From: Geopsychrobacteraceae bacterium
Lineage (GTDB): Bacteria; Desulfobacterota; Desulfuromonadia; Desulfuromonadales; Geopsychrobacteraceae
Direction of reading: 5' to 3'
Assembly (NCBI GenBank): GCA_963662315.1
Contig: OY759353.1
Coordinates: 2,720,001 to 2,784,000 of the forward strand
DNA length: 64,000 bases
Shown here: one piece after another, positions 19,919 through 29,208 of the stretch
Position numbering within the stretch: position 1 is the stretch's first letter
How the letters are laid out: each line of letters begins with the position of its first letter
Program-made: the position numbers and the translations under genes
The notes under the pieces: generated by a model
What the model was told of the DNA's origin: nothing
Seen by the model: the letters and a program-made list of their open reading frames with translations, nothing else
Database searches by the model: none

Positions 19919-20152
19919 GTGCCCGTTATCATCTTGGATCATTGTACCGGCTGCGGAGCCTGCGTCGCCAGTTGTCAGAGCGGTGCGATTACATTGCAGA
20001 CAGATTCTGCTGATGGTTTTGGCCGTAAAAAAGCCGTTGTCAGCTTCCCCCTCTGTTTGAGCTGCGGTGCATGCATTCTGACCTGTCACCACCACGCCAT
20101 TGAGTTTGCCTCGGGTTTCCCGAAAAAATTGTCCAAACCTGAGACTCAATAA
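19919..20152 (+). CDS. 2x[4Fe-4S] ferredoxin
   Basis: CTGCGACVASC and CLSCGACILTC; AGGAGG RBS, GTG start. Confidence 0.88.
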   Translation: MPVIILDHCTGCGACVASCQSGAITLQTDSADGFGRKKAVVSFPLCLSCGACILTCHHHAIEFASGFPKKLSKPETQ

Positions 20153-20261
20153 CCGAGCCTTACTGTTCCCAATTCCGTAACAGACGCATCTGCGGACTTT
20201 TATCATTTCAGCAAATGAGAGCTTACGGACACTGTATTCACTGAAAGACAGCTAAACACCT

Positions 20262-21476
20262 ATGAACACCGACATCAAGCCTGAGACAACAACTTCAAAA
20301 ATCGCCACGCTCCTGGTCCTGTCCAGCGTTCTGGCCATCGGTATCGGCCAATCCATGACCTTTGCGCTGCTGGCACCACTGGGGCGCGAAATTGGCCTGA
20401 AAGAACTCCAGATCGGTGTGATTATCAGCGGATCTGCAATAACCTACACAATGATGAGCCCTATCTGGGGACGTACTTGCGACCGGGTCGGGCGTAAACC
20501 GATTCTCATTCTCGGGCTGATTGGCTACGTCGGTGGCTGCAGCGCCTTTGCTACCATGTTCCTGCTCGGTTTTAAGGGCTATCTTTCCGGACTGGTTTTA
20601 TTTACCGCAATTATTGTCAGCCGGGTCCTCATGGCCTCCCTGATGTCAGCTGCCCCCAGTGCCGCAGCGGGATATATCGCCGACACAACCAGCAAAGAGC
20701 AGCGTGTTGCCGGCATGGGGCGGCTTGGCGCAGCACGGACCCTGGGCGCAATTATGGGCCCTGCACTAAGCGGTATCCTGGTTATTTTTGGCTTACTGGC
20801 CCCGCTCTACATTGCCGCGGCAATTACCCTGGTGACCCTGATCATCATCACCATCATTTTGAAGGAACCCAAACACAGTCCACACCAGTCAATAAAGACC
20901 AAGAAGCTTCAATGGCTCGACAGCCGCTATCGTGCCTATGTCCTGACCGGCTTCTTCACCTTTATTGCTTTTTCGATGATGTCCCAGACCATCGGTTTCT
21001 ATTTTCAGGATCGCTTTGTCCTGGACGCACAGAAAACTGCCCAGGTCGTCGGCACTGGCATGATGATTTCGGCACTGATGTCTTTATTCTCCCAATCCGT
21101 CCTTGTTGGCCGCCTGGGCATGAAACCACAGCAGTTAATTTACTGCGGACTCCCGTTGCTGGGCACTGGCTTTGCCCTGCTCCCTTTTGTCAGTAACATG
21201 ATCCTGGTATTTACGATTCTGGGAGTACAGGGCCTGGGCCTTGGGCTTATTGCTCCAGCCTTTACTGGGGGGGCATCCCTGGCCGTTTCAAGTGACGAAC
21301 AGGGTGCCATCGGGGGCATTATTTCCTCCTGCCCGGCAGCAGGCTTCGTCCTTGGGCCAATTATCGGCACCAGCCTTTACCAACTGGCCCAGCCCCTCCC
21401 CTATCTCTGTGCCTGCGTCCTGATGATTATTCTGCTGATCTACTTGCGTTGTTTTGGTTTTCGAGGTCACAATTGA
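20262..21476 (+). CDS. MFS transporter (DHA1/TetA-like)
   Basis: WGRTCDRVGRK motif A; about 12 TMs. Confidence 0.88.
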   Translation: MNTDIKPETTTSKIATLLVLSSVLAIGIGQSMTFALLAPLGREIGLKELQIGVIISGSAITYTMMSPIWGRTCDRVGRKPILILGLIGYVGGCSAFATMFLLGFKGYLSGLVLFTAIIVSRVLMASLMSAAPSAAAGYIADTTSKEQRVAGMGRLGAARTLGAIMGPALSGILVIFGLLAPLYIAAAITLVTLIIITIILKEPKHSPHQSIKTKKLQWLDSRYRAYVLTGFFTFIAFSMMSQTIGFYFQDRFVLDAQKTAQVVGTGMMISALMSLFSQSVLVGRLGMKPQQLIYCGLPLLGTGFALLPFVSNMILVFTILGVQGLGLGLIAPAFTGGASLAVSSDEQGAIGGIISSCPAAGFVLGPIIGTSLYQLAQPLPYLCACVLMIILLIYLRCFGFRGHN

Positions 21477-21624
21477 CAAGATCAGAAAAAAGCACTTAAA
21501 AACAGATCAAAGCTCTTTTGTCATCAGTCAAGTTCCAGTAAGCTTAAAGGCTCTTGAGCGATGATTTTCCCCGTTGCGATTTTGGTACAACGCCTATCGC
21601 GGCATTGCAATGTAAGTGGCGGTT

Positions 21625-22590
21625 ATGATCCCTCAACAACATACGTTTGAAACACCCTATCTGGTGGGTGCTGTGCATTGTTACAGCATGGAAATTAATG
21701 ATGAGCTGATCCTGTTTGACAGTGGTCCGCCGCTGGAAAGTGCCAAACAATACCTGCAACAGAATTTGCCGCTGGAACGCCTTAAACATGTTGTCATGAC
21801 CCATTGTCATATTGAACATTACGGTCTGGCTGACTGGCTCAGTAAAGAAACTGACGCGACCATCTACGTTCCTTACCGTGACCATATCCGTATCAGTCGT
21901 CACCATGAGAACATGCAGCATATCTATACCATGCTGGCCGATATTGGTTTCAGTTCTGCGTTTCTGGCAAAGTTTCAGAAGGAAATTGACACCCCCGGAC
22001 TGATCTATCCCGATCCTCCCGTTAATTACAAGATCATTCAAGCGGAACTGCCACCGGAGTTGGGAATCGAATTCATTCCCTGCCCCGGCCACTCCCAGAG
22101 TGATCTGGCCTTGTGCCGCGAAAACTGGGCGATCACCGGTGACATTATGCTGCGCAACATCTTTCAGACGCCGCTATTGGAGTGGGATTTTCATACCAAT
22201 GAACGTTTTCACAACTACTCTGCGTATTGCCACAGTCTGGCCAACATGGCTTCCCTGCGCGGTAAAACCATTCTGCCTGGCCATCGCTTCAATATCGATA
22301 GCGTCGGCAGTTGCCTGTTGTTTTATCTGAACAAGTTGCTTGACCGCGCCAGTTTACTCATCGACTTTCCGGTCACCGCCAAAACCGCCGACATTCTTGA
22401 TAAAATCATCGGAATCAACACGGACTTTGCTTTTGCCAGCTATGCAAAGGCTTCGGAAATCATTTTTTTACGCGATTTCCTGGCCGAACCGGAGCGATTG
22501 CGTCAGGCGGCAGAAGGGATTGGCTTGTTTGCGCCGCTTGCTGACAAATACCATCAGCTTTGCGGAGCATTGCAGCGTAAGGCATGCTGA
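21625..22590 (+). CDS. MBL-fold metallo-hydrolase, paralog 2
   Basis: Collinear with 18920-19879; THCHIEH, PGHS, TGD, PGH. Confidence 0.85.
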   Translation: MIPQQHTFETPYLVGAVHCYSMEINDELILFDSGPPLESAKQYLQQNLPLERLKHVVMTHCHIEHYGLADWLSKETDATIYVPYRDHIRISRHHENMQHIYTMLADIGFSSAFLAKFQKEIDTPGLIYPDPPVNYKIIQAELPPELGIEFIPCPGHSQSDLALCRENWAITGDIMLRNIFQTPLLEWDFHTNERFHNYSAYCHSLANMASLRGKTILPGHRFNIDSVGSCLLFYLNKLLDRASLLIDFPVTAKTADILDKIIGINTDFAFASYAKASEIIFLRDFLAEPERLRQAAEGIGLFAPLADKYHQLCGALQRKAC

Positions 22591-22632
22591 GCTCAGTAGC
22601 CCTGTCTGAATAGCATTGCCGAGAATAAATAA

Positions 22633-22661
22633 AGGCCCCAGCAACTATTCTGCCGGGGCCT
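22633..22661 (-). terminator. Terminator of the HAO-like gene
   Basis: Minus strand AGGCCCCGGCA-N7-TGCTGGGGCCT followed by TTATTT. Confidence 0.7.
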
Positions 22662-22689
22662 ACATATATGCCTTTCGAATACTCTTTGT

Positions 22690-24015
22690 TTAGATCGGCC
22701 CGGTACTCATAACCGGACTAAGCACTTCAATCTTGCCGGTCTTGATCCGCATGTTGTAAATATCCTCGATATCCTTGTACATCTGGAACAGCTGGAAGAA
22801 ACCATGCCAATGGGTATAATCAGGTCCGTTCATGGCGGTTCCGTGACGGGCCCGGCGGCCGGCGTGGTGCCAGAAATAGTAGGACAGCTCAAGGAACGGA
22901 TCTTTCCAGGCATCGGCCTTAAGCAGGTTCTTCTCTTTGAGATCTTTCTGCATTTCGACAATCTTATCCCAGTAGCTGTTGTAAAGATTGACGGTATTGT
23001 CAAGCGCCTGGCGCTGCCCTTCAATGTGGGTTTCACCATGACAGTTGGCACAAACCTGCTTCATCAGGGCCTCACCCTTCTCACCATCACCACGCTCACC
23101 GCTTCTGACGTTACTACGCTTGTGAACCAGATCATACTTGAGGCGCTCATTGACATTGTGAGTAGTCTTCAGATCGCCAATACCGCTCATATGACAGGTC
23201 GCACATGTCGGAGCCGTATAATCGCCCGGTTCCCATTCATCTTTCGGACTGTCCCACTGCCACTCGTCACCATGCGCCAGGAACATCTGGCCGTGCTTGC
23301 TCTCAGTATAAATTTCAATATCCGGATGGTCAGGGCCTAAGTGGCAGCTGGCACACGCTTCCGGCTTACGTGCTTCAGCTTTGGAAAATGCATGACGGGT
23401 ATGACAAACTGTACAGTTACCAACACCACCATCAGGGTAACGATGGCCAACACCGGCCGGCCAAGTTCCATTGATTGGCTTGTTGTCCGCACCCAGCTCA
23501 ACTTCGCCGCCATGGCACATCTGGCAACCAGCTTCCTTGCTGGCGCGGTTTTGTGGATCCATCGGATCGATACCGATAAATTCACCACCTTCAAAGTGGT
23601 GCATCAGCTTGATCATCGCCTTGTTCTCGACAACAGCTTTACTCGACAACTTAGCATGGCCACTCTGTAGGAACTGCTCAACCTCTTCAGCATGGCACTG
23701 TGCACAGGTTTTACTGGAAACCATTGGAGAAATATAGGTTTCCGTGCCTTTCAGCCCCGCGCACTGGGAAGCCATCGGTGATGACTTTTCAACCCTATGA
23801 CAGTCATAGCAGGAAACCCCTTCCTTGGCCATGACACCCTCTGCCCAGCCGGCAACAACCCCTGGTGTTTTTTCAGCGTGGCAATTGACACAAGCAGCCG
23901 CTTCTTTCGACATTCCTTTTGTGATTTCAGCAGTATTCATGGCGAACACTGCAGAGTCCATCAGCATGACGACACTGATAACCAAACAGAACTTCAGATA
24001 ACTTTTCAATCTCAT
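22690..24015 (-). CDS. Octaheme HAO-family cytochrome c, reductive type
   Basis: Signal peptide; eight [34 protein letters not shown]. Confidence 0.88.
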   Translation of the reverse strand: MRLKSYLKFCLVISVVMLMDSAVFAMNTAEITKGMSKEAAACVNCHAEKTPGVVAGWAEGVMAKEGVSCYDCHRVEKSSPMASQCAGLKGTETYISPMVSSKTCAQCHAEEVEQFLQSGHAKLSSKAVVENKAMIKLMHHFEGGEFIGIDPMDPQNRASKEAGCQMCHGGEVELGADNKPINGTWPAGVGHRYPDGGVGNCTVCHTRHAFSKAEARKPEACASCHLGPDHPDIEIYTESKHGQMFLAHGDEWQWDSPKDEWEPGDYTAPTCATCHMSGIGDLKTTHNVNERLKYDLVHKRSNVRSGERGDGEKGEALMKQVCANCHGETHIEGQRQALDNTVNLYNSYWDKIVEMQKDLKEKNLLKADAWKDPFLELSYYFWHHAGRRARHGTAMNGPDYTHWHGFFQLFQMYKDIEDIYNMRIKTGKIEVLSPVMSTGPI

Positions 24016-24067
24016 TATGACCTCCTTGATCTGTGGCAGAAAAGAAACCTTTCTTGTCCGGTTGTAA

Positions 24068-24084
24068 AGCAACACGAATGCCAA
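24068..24084 (-). promoter_or_regulatory. sigma54 promoter of the HAO-like gene
   Basis: TTGGCAT-TCGTG-TTGCT, close to consensus. Confidence 0.85.
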
Positions 24085-24134
24085 CTGGATTTCTCTTCAA
24101 TTCAGGCTACATAGATTTTTCAGAATATCTATTT

Positions 24135-24186
24135 TATTACCAATAAGTAGCGCTGACCTGCGCATTCATGTTACCGTTCGGTAGCA
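24135..24186. promoter_or_regulatory. Paired enhancer-like palindromes
   Basis: TATTACC-aata-AGTAGCG (24135-24152) and TGTTACC-gttc-GGTAGCA (24169-24186), 34 bp apart. Confidence 0.55.
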
Positions 24187-24225
24187 TAAAATATTTGCCG
24201 AGCACTTTTGCCCAGGTAGGTCGCC

Positions 24226-25782
24226 ATGCAGCTCAAAACAAAATTTATTCTTTTCATTGCTCTGATCGTGTGCCTGTCTTACGGCATTACCTTTTACCGT
24301 ACGGCCGCTTTCCAGGAAGAACTTGTCGTCGAACAGGCGACCATTCAAGCCAAGATGCTCTTTAACCAGATCCGCCTGACCCGCCAATGGATTGCCGATC
24401 ACAACGGCCTGTTTCTGATCAAAGAACCCGGCGTCGAAGCCAACCCGTTTCTGAAAGACAGTGAAATTCAGGATAGTCAGGGGAACTGGCTGGTCAGGCG
24501 CAACCCCGCCATGGTCACCCGCGAGCTGTCTCTATATGCAGCCAAAGAAGGGATGGGCCAGTTCAACGTCACCAGTCTGAAACCGGTCAATCCGCTGAAT
24601 GCTCCCGATGAGTTTGAACGTCATACTCTCCACGAATTTGAACAGGGCAAACCGGAGGCCATTGAAATTGAAAAGGTTTCAGGCAGCTACCGCCTGCGCT
24701 ACATGGCCCCTCTGCCGGTCGATGAACGGTGCCTGAGTTGCCATGGCCAGCAAGGCTACAAAGTTGGCGATATCCGTGGTGGCATGAATGTCACCATCCC
24801 CATGGACTGGGCCTACGCCAAAATCCGTACAAACAATCTGTTTCTCCTCAAAATTGCCTTGGCCACCATTATTCTGGTGTCACTGTCTATCTCATTTCTG
24901 TTTAACGGTCTGGTCGGTCGGCGCCTGAAAAAACTGTCCGGCGCCATGGACACATACCCGCAACACCCCTTTGTCCCTGACAGCACCCCCTATCATAAAA
25001 CCGATGAAATTGGTGTTCTCGACCATCACTTCTACGAACTGTGTCAGCGCCTTGAGACATCACAGATCGAACTCGACAAAACCCGTGAGCAGGTCTTTCG
25101 TAGTGAAAAGCAGGCAGCCCTGGGGCGTTTGGTAGCCGGAATATCGCATGAAATAAACAACCCGTTAGGTGGCATGCAAAATTGTCTGCAGATTCTGGAA
25201 AAGAATCCGGACAAACCGGAAGCGGTCCAGCGCTACCTGACCCTGCTTGGCCAGGGTGTGTCACGCATCAAAGCGACGGTTCAGCAATTGCTCAATATCG
25301 GCCGCCCGGAACCGCTGGAGATCAAAAACGACGCCATTGATCGGGTCATCAAAGACTGTGTTGACCTGTCCTGCTTGGGGCACCGCAACATCACCGTCAC
25401 CTTTGACCTCAATGTCGGGCAGAACATCACCACCGGCATTGAAGCGATCCGTCAGGTTATTCTGAACCTGGCCGGCAATGCCGTACAGGCCATCGGCTCT
25501 AACGTAGGGACCCTGAAAGTCACCAGCACACTCCGCAACAACACCCTGCGTATTCGTATCATTGACGATGGTCCGGGCATTCCACCGGAAAATCTTGATA
25601 AAATTTTTGAGCCCTTTTTCACGACCAAAGAGGTGGGCGAAGGAACCGGTCTGGGCCTCTCCGTTTCCCACGCGTTAATCCACCAGCTCGGTGGTGAGCT
25701 GCATGCGACCAACAACCCCGGTGGCGGAGCCTGTTTCAAGATTGATATCCCCCTCACCACAATTGCAGAGGATAAGCTATGA
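24226..25782 (+). CDS. Sensor histidine kinase with DUF3365-like heme-c domain
   Basis: NPAMVTRELS, NPLNAPDEFE, CLSCH, GYKVGDIRGG; SHEINNPL; GEGTGLGL. Confidence 0.92.
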   Translation: MQLKTKFILFIALIVCLSYGITFYRTAAFQEELVVEQATIQAKMLFNQIRLTRQWIADHNGLFLIKEPGVEANPFLKDSEIQDSQGNWLVRRNPAMVTRELSLYAAKEGMGQFNVTSLKPVNPLNAPDEFERHTLHEFEQGKPEAIEIEKVSGSYRLRYMAPLPVDERCLSCHGQQGYKVGDIRGGMNVTIPMDWAYAKIRTNNLFLLKIALATIILVSLSISFLFNGLVGRRLKKLSGAMDTYPQHPFVPDSTPYHKTDEIGVLDHHFYELCQRLETSQIELDKTREQVFRSEKQAALGRLVAGISHEINNPLGGMQNCLQILEKNPDKPEAVQRYLTLLGQGVSRIKATVQQLLNIGRPEPLEIKNDAIDRVIKDCVDLSCLGHRNITVTFDLNVGQNITTGIEAIRQVILNLAGNAVQAIGSNVGTLKVTSTLRNNTLRIRIIDDGPGIPPENLDKIFEPFFTTKEVGEGTGLGLSVSHALIHQLGGELHATNNPGGGACFKIDIPLTTIAEDKL

Positions 25783-27116
25783 CCCCACAGATTCTGGTGG
25801 TTGAAGATGACGATATTATGCGCATTACCGTCTGTGACCACCTGGCCAGTCTGAACCTGCAGGTGACCGAAGCAACCAACGGTAACGCTGCTCTAGAGCT
25901 GGTCAAAACCCATAATTACGATGTTATCGTGTCCGATATCCGTATGCCGGGGATGGACGGACAGACATTACTGGCGGCGGTTAAGCGGCTCCGCCCGACC
26001 AGCGAAGTGATTATGATGACCGCACATGGCAGTACCGATCACGCCATCGACTGTCTGAAAAACGGTGCGGCTGATTACATCCTCAAACCTTTTGATCTTG
26101 ATGATCTGACCTGCCGGGTTGAACGCATCCTGACCATGCAAAAGATCAAGGCACGTTGTGCATCCCTGGAAAGTGGAGCGACTAAACGTTATCCGCTGAT
26201 CGGCTCCAGCATCGCCATGCAACAGGTCCTGAGCCTGATCAGCCAGGTCGCCCAGACCGACGCCACGGTTTTAATTCAGGGGGAAAGTGGCACCGGCAAG
26301 GAACTGGTCGCAGCGGCGCTTCACTATGAAAGCCGACGGAAAGATAAACCCTACATCCGCGTTAACTGTGCAGCGATCCCGGTAGGCTTGCTGGAATCCG
26401 AGCTGTTTGGTCATGAAAAAGGCGCGTTTACCGGCGCTGACCGGACCAACATCGGAAAATTCGAACTGGCCGATCAAGGGACGATCTTGCTTGATGAGAT
26501 CGGTGACATGCCCATCGATCTGCAGGTAAAACTCCTGCGCGTGCTGCAGGAGCAGGAAATTGAACGGGTTGGTGGTAAACAACCACTCAGAATTAATGTC
26601 AGGGTCCTATGTGCAACGGCCAAAGATCTGGCGGCAGCGGTGCGAAACGGACAGTTTCGCGAAGATCTGTTCTACCGCCTGCAGGTCATTCCCATCACTG
26701 TCCCGCCCTTACGCCAGCGCAGAGAGGACATTCCCGCGCTCACTGAGTTTTACCTGCAGAAATTCGGCAGCGAGCGCGGTCTTAAATTTTCACTGTCAGA
26801 AGAAGCTGCGCAAGCGTTCAACAACTACTCGTTCCCGGGCAACGTCCGCGAACTGCGCAACCTGCTTGAGCGTTTGACCGTCCTGGCCCCGGCTCCACAA
26901 ATTCAACTTTGGAATCTGCCGGTTGAACTGCGTGGTGGAACCGATGAAAATGACGGATGTGAAGAATTGAACCTGTCAACAGCTGTTGCCAACACCGAAA
27001 AGAGATGTATACTCAGAGCGCTGAAAAAGACCAACGGCAATAAAACCGAAGCGGCCGATCTTCTGGGTATCAGCCGCAAAAATTTGTGGGAGAAGATGAA
27101 GAGTTACAACCTGTAA
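25779..27116 (+). CDS. sigma54-dependent response regulator
   Basis: REC domain, GESGTGKE, GAFTGA, Fis-type HTH. Confidence 0.95.
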   Translation: MTPQILVVEDDDIMRITVCDHLASLNLQVTEATNGNAALELVKTHNYDVIVSDIRMPGMDGQTLLAAVKRLRPTSEVIMMTAHGSTDHAIDCLKNGAADYILKPFDLDDLTCRVERILTMQKIKARCASLESGATKRYPLIGSSIAMQQVLSLISQVAQTDATVLIQGESGTGKELVAAALHYESRRKDKPYIRVNCAAIPVGLLESELFGHEKGAFTGADRTNIGKFELADQGTILLDEIGDMPIDLQVKLLRVLQEQEIERVGGKQPLRINVRVLCATAKDLAAAVRNGQFREDLFYRLQVIPITVPPLRQRREDIPALTEFYLQKFGSERGLKFSLSEEAAQAFNNYSFPGNVRELRNLLERLTVLAPAPQIQLWNLPVELRGGTDENDGCEELNLSTAVANTEKRCILRALKKTNGNKTEAADLLGISRKNLWEKMKSYNL

Positions 27117-27171
27117 GGTTTCAGCACCAAGCAAATCTGAAAACCACTTCTAACTTTTCCTTTATTTAAAG

Positions 27172-27189
27172 TCAGACATAATTGTCAGA
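27172..27189. promoter_or_regulatory. Operator-like palindrome upstream of the ABC exporter
   Basis: TCAGACA-taat-TGTCAGA. Confidence 0.35.
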
Positions 27190-27235
27190 TAAAAGCAGCA
27201 CCGTTTACTGTTGCATGACAATTGATAGGTAAACT

Positions 27236-28147
27236 ATGTCAAACATCCTTGAAATATCTGAACTGCGAAAAAACTACGGAGATTTTACCGCCGTCGATGG
27301 CATCAGTCTAAAGGTCAAAAAAGGGGAATGCTTTGGCTTGCTCGGCCCAAACGGGGCCGGTAAGACCACCACCATCCGCATGATTTACGGTTTTACCCCG
27401 CGTACCAGTGGCACCCTGAAACTGTTTGGCCTTGATATTGATGACAAACTGCGCGACATCAAGGCACGCATTGGTATTTGCCAGCAGGAGGATTCCCTCG
27501 ACCCCGACATGAACCTGCGCGACAACCTGATCGGTTTTGCCCGCTATTTCTCCATCTCCCATAAAGAAGCCAAGTCCCGAACTGACGAATTGCTTGAATT
27601 TTTCTCCCTGGAGAATCGGGCCAGAGATGACGTCCGGATTCTGTCCGGCGGACTGAAACGGCGCCTCATGCTCGCTCGCGCCCTGATTAACAATCCGGAG
27701 CTGATTATTCTCGATGAACCGACCACGGGTCTTGATCCGCAGAGCCGGCAACTACTGTGGGAAAAACTCGCCGCGCTGAAAAAACAGGGGCTGACCATAC
27801 TGCTGACCACCCATTACATGGAAGAAGCCGAACGCCTGTGCGACCGGATGGTTATTGTCGATCACGGCCGCATTCTTATCGAAGGGCAGCCGCGGGAACT
27901 GATCCGCACTGAAATCGGCCGTGAGGTGCTTGAAATCCACGAACCGGACCAGCAGATACGCGATTTCCTGCGCCAGCACAATGCCAGGATCGACGATCTG
28001 GACAAGCGCCTGCTTGTCTACCTGGATAACGGCAATGACCTGTTCCTGGAATTAACCCGCGATATCCGCAGTGAAGGGTGCACTCTGCGCCCTGCTTCAC
28101 TCGAAGACCTTTTCCTAAAACTGACCGGACGGGAGCTACGCGAATGA
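27236..28147 (+). CDS. ABC-2 exporter ATPase (NodI-like)
   Basis: GPNGAGKTT, LSGG, LDEPTTGLDP. Confidence 0.92.
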   Translation: MSNILEISELRKNYGDFTAVDGISLKVKKGECFGLLGPNGAGKTTTIRMIYGFTPRTSGTLKLFGLDIDDKLRDIKARIGICQQEDSLDPDMNLRDNLIGFARYFSISHKEAKSRTDELLEFFSLENRARDDVRILSGGLKRRLMLARALINNPELIILDEPTTGLDPQSRQLLWEKLAALKKQGLTILLTTHYMEEAERLCDRMVIVDHGRILIEGQPRELIRTEIGREVLEIHEPDQQIRDFLRQHNARIDDLDKRLLVYLDNGNDLFLELTRDIRSEGCTLRPASLEDLFLKLTGRELRE

Positions 28148-28935
28148 CCTGGCCAAAACCTTCACAATTCAGCCGCCGCACCCTGAGAGTCTGGCAACGT
28201 AACTTTGATGTTTACCGCAAAAACTGGAAAGTTTCTTTTATTCCACCACTGATGGAACCGGTTTTCTACATTCTTGCCTTTGGCATGGGCCTGTCAGTTA
28301 TGGTCGGCGATTTCGAGGTCAATGGCCAGACCATCGGCTACACACGCTTTATTGCCCCAGCTCTGGTGGCCGTCGCCATCATGTACAATGCGTTTTTCGA
28401 AACGACCTACAACTCGTTTGTGCGCATGTACTATCAGAAAACCTTCGATGCCCTGCTGGCCACACCGCTGAACCTGGAAGAAATCATTCTTGGTGAACTG
28501 CTATGGGCCGCGACCAAAGCCGTCATCGCCTCAACGCTGATGGCGATCATGCTGACCCTGTTTGGACTGCTCTCTTATCCGGGAGCTCTTCTGCTTCCTC
28601 TATTAGCAATACTGGGAGGTCTTTTTTTTGCCGCACTTGGAATGATCTGCACCGCATTGATCCCGACCATCGACCTGTTCAACCTGCCGATCTTCCTGGG
28701 GATCACCCCCATGTTCCTGTTCAGCGGCACCTTCTTCCCTTTGCAGAATCTCCCGTCCTGGGCTCAAGGAATCGCCTGGTGCCTCCCCTTGACCCACCTG
28801 GTGAACCTGGTGCGCAGCTGTACCCTGCATATGTGGGCGGACAATTTGTGGTGGAGTGTTATCTACCTGGGTGTGATGGCAGTGATCATGTTACCGTTGT
28901 CGATCGCGTTGATGGTGAGAAGAATTATTAAATAG
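28144..28935 (+). CDS. ABC-2 exporter permease (NodJ-like)
   Basis: VWQRN, MEPVFY, FLFSGTFFP; ATGA overlap with the ATPase stop. Confidence 0.9.
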   Translation: MTWPKPSQFSRRTLRVWQRNFDVYRKNWKVSFIPPLMEPVFYILAFGMGLSVMVGDFEVNGQTIGYTRFIAPALVAVAIMYNAFFETTYNSFVRMYYQKTFDALLATPLNLEEIILGELLWAATKAVIASTLMAIMLTLFGLLSYPGALLLPLLAILGGLFFAALGMICTALIPTIDLFNLPIFLGITPMFLFSGTFFPLQNLPSWAQGIAWCLPLTHLVNLVRSCTLHMWADNLWWSVIYLGVMAVIMLPLSIALMVRRIIK

Positions 28936-29104
28936 TAAATAAGTGAAGGTTTAAGTAGTTAGAAGAACAGAGAAAGAAAAGTTACGAGTTCCAGGTACTG
29001 CCCCTTGCCCATAAGGTACGCAGTACCTTGGGCTGCCAGTCAATTACTCCCGGCAACAACAAACCGCAGTCCTCAACAATTCTCGTCAGTTATTTTGACC
29101 TTTC

Positions 29105-29188
29105 CGGGCACTTTTGCCTCCTTTTCTTGCCCTGGAAAAAAGGAGGGCGTCGATCGGGGGCGCGACCCCGAGGTCTTGATTGTTTTTT
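29105..29188 (+). repeat. Palindromic interspersed repeat, module B
   Basis: Hairpins CCTCCTTTT..AAAAGGAGG and TCGGGG-gcgcga-CCCCGA; similar to 58259-58318. Confidence 0.65.
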
Positions 29189-29208
29189 TGTAATGAAACT
29201 GTCAAAAG

